DNA of 64,000 bases, from NCBI GenBank assembly GCA_014905635.1, contig JABVCE010000015.1:372001-436000 (forward strand), in the 5' to 3' direction. Both the position numbers and the translations under genes were made by a program. This DNA is from Scenedesmus sp. PABB004 (Eukaryota). Every line of letters starts with the position of its first letter. Position 1 is the stretch's first letter. The notes under the pieces were generated by a model, which was given only the letters and a program-made list of their open reading frames with translations, was not told the origin of the DNA and did not search any database. This document shows positions 55,292-64,000 of this stretch, piece after piece.

Positions 55292-58200
55292 ATGGAGGAG
55301 GCGGAGTGCGTGCGCCTGCTGCACGCCCGCGGCGAGCCGTTCGCGAGGTGCGGCGCAGCAGCAGCAGCCGCCCGCGTGCCGCCGCCGCCGCCGGGCGCTG
55401 CGGTCGCCGGCGTGCGGCCTCTCACGTACCGACCGGCACCCCTCAGGCGCCTGGCGGCAGCCCGGGGGCTGGCGGCGCGCCTGCTGGACGGCAGCGGCGG
55501 CGCGGCCGCCGCTGCTGCCGGCGCCGCTGCCCCGTTGCCGGTGCGCTGCCACTATGCACACACCGTGATGGAGTGGGCCCAGGGCGTGCTGATGAAGCAC
55601 CAGCCGGGCGGCGGCGGCCCTGCGAGCGGTGCGGCAGCGGCGGCGGCGGCGCCCGCGGCGGCGCCGCGCGCCCGGGCCGCAGCGGCTCACGCCGCCGCCG
55701 CCTCGCACGCGCGCGCACGCAGGCGGCCCCTCAGTGGAGGAGCTGTGTGATGTCTGGGCGCTGCTGGCGGCGCTGTTGGGCCGCGGCGGGCGGCTGCTGC
55801 AGGGCTGCGCGGCCGCCGCAGGCCTGTGCGGCGCGGCGGCCGCCGCCGCGGCGGCCGAGTGGGGCGGCGACAGCGACGGCGCGGTCGCGGCCTCCCTGCT
55901 GGCCGTGCTCGCAGCGCTGGCCGGTGACGACGACGGCGACGGCAGCGACGGCGGCGACGGCGGCAGCAGCTGCCCCGCGAGCGTGCGCGCCAGCTTCCGT
56001 CCGAGCCTGGAGCAGGCCGCGGCGCTGGTGCAGGCCTGCCTCGGCCGCCTGGCGCAGCGACAGGCGGCGCCGGAGGGCGGCGACGAGCAGCCGTCTTCTG
56101 CGTGCACCTGGGCGGAGCTCGCGGCGCTGGCGATGGCCTGGTTTGGCCGCGGCGCCGCGCAGCACACCAACCCCAAGAAGGTGCGGGCGTGGCGCCGCCC
56201 GCGGCGCCCGCGGCGCCCGCGGCCCCGCGCGCCCGCTGCCGGGGCCAACGCATGCGGCGCCGCACGGCGATGTGGTGCAGGTGTACGGTGTGGTCCTCGG
56301 GCCGCTGCTGGAGCCGCTGCTAGCGGCCGCGCACCCGGCCGCTGCGGCCGCGGAGCGCGGCGCCGAGGGCGTGGCGGCGGCCGCGGCGCGGTGGCTGCTC
56401 GCGCGCGCGCTGTTTGGCCAGCAGCACCTCGGCGGGCTCTGCAGCGTGCTGGCCGGCGCCGCGGCGCTGCACCTGGACAGCGTGGCGGCTGCAGGGACGG
56501 CCGCGGCCAGCGGCGACGCCGCAGCGGCGGCCGGCGGCGACGCCGCAGCGGCAGGCCCGCCACCTGAGGTGGAGCGGTGCGCGCCGCCGGCGCTGGTGCG
56601 GCGCGTGGCCGCGCTGCAGGGCCCCGCCGCGCAGGCGCTGCTGGCGCGCAGCTACCAGGGCCAGCTGCTGACCCGGCTGCAGCAGCTGGTGGCCGCGGCG
56701 CTCGCGGGCCAGGCCGGCGCCGCTGCTGCGGTCGCGGCGGCGCCAAGCGAGGGCGGGCGCAAGCGCAAGCAGCGAAGGGAGGCAGAGCCACGCGCGGGGC
56801 TGCCGGGCACGCCCGGCACCGGCGCCGTGCTGGCCGCGCTGCCGGGCCTGCTGCGGGAGTTCTCAGCCGCCCTGCGGGTGTACCGCAGAGCCCTGGAGGA
56901 GGGTGAGCCAGCGGCGAGCGCCGGCCGCGCCGTGCGCCGTGCCCTGCTCCAGCGCGCGGCGCTGCTGCCACTCACGCCCCCGCCCCGCGCGCGCCCGCGA
57001 CGCAGACGTGGCGGCGTCGCTCGCGGCCGCGGGCCAGACCGGCCGCAGGGACGCGGCGCCGGCGCAGCACGGCGCGGGCGAGGAGCAGCTCGCGGGCGAC
57101 ACGGCGGCAGCGGCGCCGTCGGTCGCGGCGGTGCGCGCAGCGGACACCAACCTGGCGGTGTGCCTCCTGGCGATGCTGCTGCCGCACCTGGGCGGCGACG
57201 GTGCGCGCGAGGGGGCTGTCCCGGCGCCCAAGAAGCGAAAGCAGCAGGCGCAGAAGCTCCACCAGCCGGGGGGAGCCGGCGGCGCCGCGCTGCCTCTTGT
57301 CGGCGCCGAGGCGGGCGCCTGGGGCCGAGGTGCGTCTGCCGCGGCGGAGCTGCTCCATGGCATCACGGCGGCCGGAGCCTACCGGCCCACGCAGGACGCC
57401 GGCGGGCGCGTGAGGTCGCTGCTGCAGCTGGCGGCCGACCTGCTGCTGTCGCACAGCCGCGGCGGCGGCGACGCGCCGCCGGAGCAGCCCCGGCAGGGCG
57501 CTGGCGGGGCGGGCGACGCGCGTGCTGCAGCCGTGCTGGCCGCCGCGCTGATGGATGTGGAGTATAGGTGCGGCTCGCCGGCTCTGCTACTGGCAGCAGG
57601 GCTGAGGCGCTGCGCCCTGGGCCCCCGCGCGCCGGCCCCGCACAGCGCGCGCGCGGCCGCCGCCGCAGGGTGCTCGTGCCGCGGCTGCCTGAGCTGTTTG
57701 GCCTCGCGTGGGCGGCCGCGGCGGGCGGCGGCGGCGGCCTGGCTGCGGCCGCCGGCTTCTTCGAGCACCTCGCGCAGGCGCACGCGGAGCTGCGGCGGTT
57801 CGATGTGCTGCTGAGGAGCCTCTATGCCACTCTCCCGCGCCTGCTGCGGCAGCGCAGCGGCGGCGACCCGGCCGCGGCGGCGGCGGGCGAGGTGCTCGCG
57901 TCCGCGCGCTTCGTGGGCGCGGTGCGGCGCGCCGTGGCGGACGCGCCGTCAGGTGCGTGAGCGCGCTGCGCCGCGGCATGCGGTCGCCGCACTGCCCTTG
58001 CCCCCCCCCCCCCCCAGCCGCGAGGCGCGACTGTGCTGTCGTGAGGGGCGACCGCCGCCGCGCCGCGCCGCAGGCCAAGCCGTGGCGCTGGTGCAGTGCG
58101 TGGGTGCGTGCCTGCAGGGGCTGCTCGCGCAGGCCCCGCAGCAGCGCGGCGGGCCAGGCGCCGCTGCGGCGGACCTGGTGCTGCTGCGGGCGGCCGACCC

Positions 58201-61200
58201 GCTCGCCGCCACGCTGGATGCGCTTCCAGTTGAGCTCGCCACCGCGGCAGGCGCGGCCTCGGCGGCGGCGAAGCTGCTCGCGGACGGCGACGCCTGGCGG
58301 CCGCTGGCGGCGGCCGCGTGCGGCGACGCCGCGGCGGCGGCCGCGGCGCTCGCGCCCGGCGCGGCGGGCGCGACCGGCGCGGCGTTGCGGTGCTACCAGT
58401 CGCTGCTGCGCCTGCACGCGCGCTGCGCGGCGCTCAACCCAGAGGTGGCGCCGCTGCCTGGGCAGGGCATCAACCCGACCATCATCGATCAGCCGCCCGC
58501 TGGCGGCTGCGACGCAGGGCAGCCGCCGGGGGGCGGCTACTTTGCGGCGCTGCCGGGCGGCGGCGCGCGCGCGCGCCGTGCGGCGGCCTGGCGCAGCTCG
58601 CGGCGGCGGCGGCCGCGCCCGGTGGCGGCGCGGGCGACAGCGACGCCGCCGCGCCGCCGGCCGCGCGCCTCGTCGCGCGGCGCCTGGGGCAGCTGGCGGC
58701 GGGCTGCATCCTGCAGCGCCTGCAGGTGCTGCAGGAGCGGCTGGCGCGCGTCGAGTGCTGGTGCCCCGCCGGCATGAGCCTGACCGCTGCGCGCAAGGCG
58801 CTGCGGCGGGGCGCGGCAGCGGGCGGCCCGCCTGCGGCCGCGCCGGCAAGCTCCGGCGAGCCCGCCGGCGACAACACAGAGGGCGGCGGCGGCGACGGCG
58901 GCGGCAGCAGCAGCGGCAGCGGTGGCGGCGGCAGCAGCGGCAGCGGCAGTGACAGCGGCAGCGGCAGCGGCAGCGGCAGCGGCAGCGGCAGCGGCAGTGA
59001 CGGCGAGGATGACAACAGGGGCGCCCCAGCCGACACAGAGCAGGAGGACGGCCGGCGCCGCCGCGAGCAGCAGGAGCGGCACCTCCCCGTGCTGCACGCG
59101 GCGTGGCTGGCAGAGGGGCGCCAGCTGGCCGCGGCGCTGCTGCGCCTGCTCGAGGCCGCGCGAGGACTGGCGCCGGATGAGGAGGCCTGGCTTGCAGAGG
59201 TTTACGGCTGCACGGCGGCCGTCTGGGCGCGCTTTGCCGCGCCCGCCGAGCTGTCCAGCTTCCTTGGCGTGGCCGTTGCGGCGGCAGCGGCGGGGCCGCA
59301 GCAGGCGGCCCCGCTCGTGCCGGCGGCGCGCCAGCTGCTGGGCGTGCAGAGCGGTGCCGCGCCCGACAGCACGGCGCCCGCCTGGCTGAGCCTGCCCGGC
59401 GCGCAGGCGTGCCTGGTGCAGGCGGTCGCCGGCCGCATGGCTGGCGTGCTGCAGCCGCAGCTGGCGGACCCGGGCAGCCAGCGAGTGCACAAGAAGCGTC
59501 GCAGCGCGGCCGGCGCAGGCGCGGCAGCAGGCGGCGGCGCTGCTGCTGGCGGCGTGGCGGTGCTGCTGCGGGCGTTTGCAGACACGCTCGGCGGCGAGGC
59601 GGGCGACAGCACTCCGGCGGCGGCCACCCTGGCCGCGGGCCTGCTGCAGGGCCACCTGCAGCCGCTGGCCAAGGCGGGCGGCGCCGGCGCCGGCGGCGTG
59701 GCGGCTGCGGCGGCTGGCGAGGCGCAGCTGCTGTCGTTGCTGCTGCTGCTGTGCCAGCTGCCGCTGTTTGCACTGGACCAGCAGCACGGCTGCTGCCTCG
59801 CGCTGCTGGCACTGGCGGCGGCGGCGGCGGTGCTGCACGTGCTGCCTGCCGGCACGCCTGGCCACGCGCGGTGCTGCCTGGCGTTGGCGCTGCGGCTGCT
59901 GGCGCAGCTGGATGCCTTGGGCTGCGGCGTCGCGGCGGTCGCGAGCGCGGGCCCACGCTGGCACGGCGCCGTGGTGCGAGTGCTGGAGCTCGCCGGCGAA
60001 GCTGCGGCGGCAGAGTCGGGGCAGCCCGAGCACGAAGCGTCCCGGGCGCGGCTGGCGGGGCCAGCACTGGTGCAGCTGCTCGCGGCGCAGCTGCGCGCCG
60101 CGCGGTCGGCTGAGCTGCTTGTACGGGTGGGCGACGCGGCGGCGGCGCAGCAGCCGCTGCGTACGCTGCAGCTGGCGGCGGCACTGACGGCTGCCACAGA
60201 CGCCGGCAGCATCACCTGGGACGGTGACGCGCCCAGCGCCGCAGCCACGGAGCGCCTGCAGGCAGCGGCGCTGCAGCAGGCGCTGCAGCTGCTGCCCGCG
60301 CTGCGCGGCGACGATGGCAGCGGCGCAGCGCTGGCGCCAGGCGAGGCGGTCGCGGCGGCCGCGCTCAGCCGGGCGCTGGCCCGCGCCGAGCCCCTGCTGC
60401 AGCGGCTGGCGGCGGCGGGGCAGCTGGCGCAGCGCGCCGCCTCCGCGGCGGGCGCCGCGCTGCGCCTGACGGGCCTGCCGGAGCAGCAGCTCGCGCTGCT
60501 GGCGCTGGTCAACGCCGCGCACGTCGCCCTAGCGAGCGCGCCCGGGGGGTCCGCGGACGGCGGGCCCGCCGACGGCGACGCCTTTGAGGGCGTGCTGCGC
60601 CGCAGCCTGCGCCTGCTGCAGGAGCTGCAGCCTGCCAGCCCCTGGCCGCTGCTGCCGCCGGCGTACCTGGAGCTGAGCGACCTGGAGGCCGTGGCGGATG
60701 TGGGGCGGGGCCTGGCCGCCGAGCTGGCCGGCGCTCAGGGGCAGGCTGCCCCTGAGCCCGCGGAGGGGCAGCCCGGCGAGGAGCAGCCCGTGCTCGCCTC
60801 GGCGGTGCTGCTCGGCTTGCGCGGCGCGGTGGCGGCCGCGCCGCGGCAGCGCCAGCTGCAGGTCCACCACCTGCTCTGCGACGACGGCGCCGGCGGCGGC
60901 GGCCTGCTGCACCTCTGCGGCGCCGCGGCCGCGCCGGGGGCGGCCGCGGCGCTGCTGGCGCAGCTGCAGCTCCTCCTTGTCGTGCTCGAGATCACGGCGG
61001 GGCCCAAGCGCCTCAAGCTGCTGGCCGCCCACGCGCCGACCTACGTGGCGGCCCTGCTGGCCGTCCTGGCGCAGGTGGCGGCCGCGGAGCCGCCGGAGAC
61101 GGCCGCGGACGAGCAGCTGGCGCTCGCGAGCTGGAGCCTGCGCTGCCTGGAGTCGATGTTTGGCCGCCAGGCGACCTTTGACCTTCCCCCCGCGTCCACT

Positions 61201-61833
61201 GCCGCCGCGCTGCAGGCGGCGGCCGGCGTCGCGCGGGCGCTGCGGCGCGCGCGCGTCGCGGGCGACGCGTGCGCCGCGGCGTACTGTTCCGCGTGCGGGC
61301 TGCTGGTCTCGATGGCGCGCCACCGCGGCGGCCAGCTCGGCCGGCTCATGCCTCACGTGCTCGCGGCGGTGCACGAGCTGCTGCTCGCGCTCGTCGCGCT
61401 CGACTGCCGCGCCCGCGCGCTCTCGGGCGCCGCGGGGCGGCGTGGCGCCGCGCGGCTGCTGCGCTGCGCGGGGCAGCTGGGCCGCGTGTACGAGGCGCTC
61501 GCGGAGCAGGGCGCCTCGCTGGGGCGCTACTGCCACCACGCGGTCACAGACTATGTCGTCCACGTCGCCGCGGCGCCGCCCGCGAGGAGCCTCGAGGCCC
61601 ACGGCAGCGACGCCGGCGGCGGCGGTGACGCCGGCGCGGACGGCGTGAGCGCCGAGGTCGGCTCCGCGCTGCGCGGCGGCGCGTGCGTGCTGATGGGCGT
61701 GCTGGGCCCGGCCGAGGTGCAGGGCGCGCACGTGCTGCTCGGCCAGGGCCCGCTCGGCGGCGCGCGGCGCGGCGCGCTGGCGGCGCTGCGCAAGGAGTTT
61801 GAGTCCCGCTTCAAGCACGGCGGCAAGGTGTGA
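55292..61833 (+). CDS. URB2: Nucleolar pre-ribosomal protein Urb2/Npa2-like, multi-exon, apparent frameshift ~58563-58576
   Basis: Very long helical protein ending RCAGQLGRVYE...RYCHHAVTDYV...SALRGG..LM...LAALRKEFESRFKHGGKV*, matching the Urb2 C-terminal domain (terminal GKV). Basic NLS-like patches RKRK and PKKRK. Confidence 0.8.
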
Positions 61834-62180
61834 CGATGGGCCGGCGGCGGCGAGCGCTGCGCCAGCGTTCGCCGCCGGGTGTGCGCGGTGCGGCGGCAGC
61901 CGGCGCACGCGGCGGTGCGGCGGTGGTAATGACCGGCGCGTCGCGTCCGACGGCCGGGAGACGAGCGAAAACACGACTGGGCTCATAAAACGCGACCGCG
62001 GAAGGCCACGCGCAGGTCGGCGACCGCCCGCTCGCCAGCACGATCGCCGTGCGACGCATGCCCAGACGCTTGATTAACGCGCCCCGCACGCCGGCGATCC
62101 GTACAGACGCCCAGACGGCCAGAGGGAGGGGGCGCGATGCGTCCTGCGCCTGCGAGCCCGCTCGAGCTGTGAGCCGCACC

Positions 62181-64000
62181 ATGCCGCGACCAGCACTTCG
62201 GGCGCTGGCTCTCGCGCTGGTGCTGGCGGCAGGAGCGGCGGCCCCGGGCGCGGAGGTGCGGAGTGCCCCGCGCGGCCGGCGCAGCTCGGCAAGCGGCCAG
62301 GGCGGCGGACCGGGAGCTCCAGGACGCGGCTAGAGTCGCGATGCGCCGCGGCGCACGGCACCAGCGCCGCGCAGGGCGCCGCCGCGGCCAACCCGCCGCC
62401 GCGCCGCGCCGCTGTCGCCGGTGCCGCCGCCGCCGCAGCTGGCGGCCCGCGCCTACCCCGGCTATGCCGTGACGTCCCTTGATCTGCAGCCGGGCGCGGC
62501 CAGCACGAGCGCGCTGGCCGCCGCCGTCGCGCGGGCGCGCGCCGCCGCTCCGGGCGCGCCCGGCGTCGTCGCGGTCCTGTCGGGCCGCGCCCTGCTGGTG
62601 GACCGCCCCCTGCAGCTGCAGGACGGCGAGAGCCTGGTGCTCGCCACGCCCGCCGCGCTCGCGGCGGCCGCGGCGCCGGCGGCGCCGGGCGCGGCGCCGC
62701 CGGGCCCGCGGCTCGCGCCGGGCCAGGCACTGCTGGCGGTCGAGTGCGGGACCTCCAAGGGCGGAGCATTCATCACTGCCAGGTGCGAGCCAGGCGCAGC
62801 CGCTGCTGCTGCCGCCCTGAGCCCTGCGGCGGCGCGGCCGGCCGCGCGGCGGCTGCGCCTGGCCGCGGCCGCGCCGCCGGCCAGGCGCAGCCAGCGCCTG
62901 CAGCGGCGCCGTGCCGACGCGCGCCGCGCCGCCTCCCCCTCTCCCCGCGCAGCGGCGCCGGCACGCTGGAGCTGCTCGGCCTGTCGGTGCGCGGCTGCGC
63001 GGGCACCGCGGTGGCCGTCGAAGGCGCGAGCCGCGTGGCGCTGCAGGTGCGCGCGCGGCGCGCCCCGCCGGCCCTGCACAGCAGCGTGGGAGCGGCGCTC
63101 GCGCGCGGCCGGCCCGCGCCGGCGCCTGCGCCCCACACCGCCCGCGCGCGCCACACACCGCCGTGGCACGCGCAGGACGTGGAGCTGCTCGGTCACAACC
63201 ACAAGGACGGCGCGGACGCCGGCGGCGCGCTGCTGCTGGAGCGCGTGTCGCGGGTGCGCCCACCGTGCCGCCGGCTTGCGCAAGCCGCGCCCGGCCGCCC
63301 GGTCGCCGCCGGGGCGGCCGCCGAGCCGCGCGGCGCGCCGCGTCCGCGTCCGCGTCCGCGCCGCAGGTGTCCCTGTCGCGCGTTGCCTGCCGCCGCAACG
63401 TCGCCGCGCTTCGGGGCGGCTGCCTGCGCACGCTCTCTGCTGACGAGGTCGACATCGTCGACAGCAGCTTTGCCTTCAACCAGGTGCGTTCAGCCTGGCC
63501 GGCTGTCAGGGCACCGTCGCGCCAGCCGCGGCTGCAGAGCGTTGCTGCTGCCGCCGCCGGCGCCGCCGGCGCGCGCGTGCCTGCCCCGCGCGACGGCGCC
63601 CGCGCGCCCGCCGATTCGCGCCCGCGCCGCAGCAAACCGACGAGGAGGGGGGCAAGTTTGACGGCGGCGGCGCCGCGTACGTGGAGCTGCCGCGGCGCCT
63701 GACCGTGTCGCGCAGCGCGTTTGAGCACAACACCGCGTCCGCGGCCAAGGCGCGCGGCGGCGCGCTCGCGGCGATGCTGAGCGGGCGCGTGGAGCTGGTC
63801 GACTCCGCGTTCACCAACAACAGCGCGATCTGGGAGGTGCGCGCCCCGCGCCGCGTGCTGGCTCGTGCGCGCACCGCGCCCCCGGGCCCCGCTCAAGCCG
63901 CGCCCGCGCGCGCGCGCCGCAGGGCGGCGCGGTGACGGCGGCCGACGTCGAGTCGGTGTCGGTGTCGCGCTGCAACTTCACGGCCAACGGCCTCCTCCCG
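62181..64000 (+). CDS. Secreted parallel beta-helix (pectin-lyase/Pmp-repeat-like) protein, truncated by window end
   Basis: Signal peptide MPRPALRALALALVLAAGAAA and repeated FxxNxA...GGA motifs (NHKDGADAGGAL, NVAALRGGCL, SSFAFNQ, SAFEHNTASAAKARGGAL, SAFTNNSA, CNFTAN). Confidence 0.8.

Overview
This is eukaryotic nuclear DNA, not prokaryotic. It is extremely GC-rich, gene-dense and intron-rich (about 100-nt introns, TGTAA polyadenylation signals), typical of a chlorophyte green alga, probably Sphaeropleales/Selenastraceae-like (inference). Most long six-frame ORFs are GC artefacts, so I assembled about 19 spliced genes by hand. In order they are: a non-RD receptor-like kinase (runs off the left edge), a CW zinc-finger protein, an unknown protein, a secreted papain(C1A)-LysM-LRR fusion, a DUF2232-like membrane protein, an SDR, an AlkB-type 2OG-Fe(II) oxygenase, two tandem secreted Trp/Gly-rich peptide precursors, an unknown protein, TOC34, a Cof-type HAD hydrolase, PAXBP1/ILP1, UFM1, a possible beta-barrel protein, a giant Cys-rich mosaic secreted protein, DDB2, URB2, and a secreted beta-helix protein (runs off the right edge). 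The strongest candidates for something new are three. (1) A pair of prohormone-like precursors at 24.4-26.5 kb: each exon encodes one W/G-rich peptide ending at an RR(M/L)L processing site, two with G-RR amidation-type signals, and both genes sit behind a nearly identical ~740-bp promoter/signal-peptide cassette. (2) The secreted protease-LysM-LRR fusion with an intact catalytic triad. (3) A probable pseudo-protease module inside the giant mosaic protein. All family calls come from motif recognition by eye; no searches were run, and CDS coordinates span introns.
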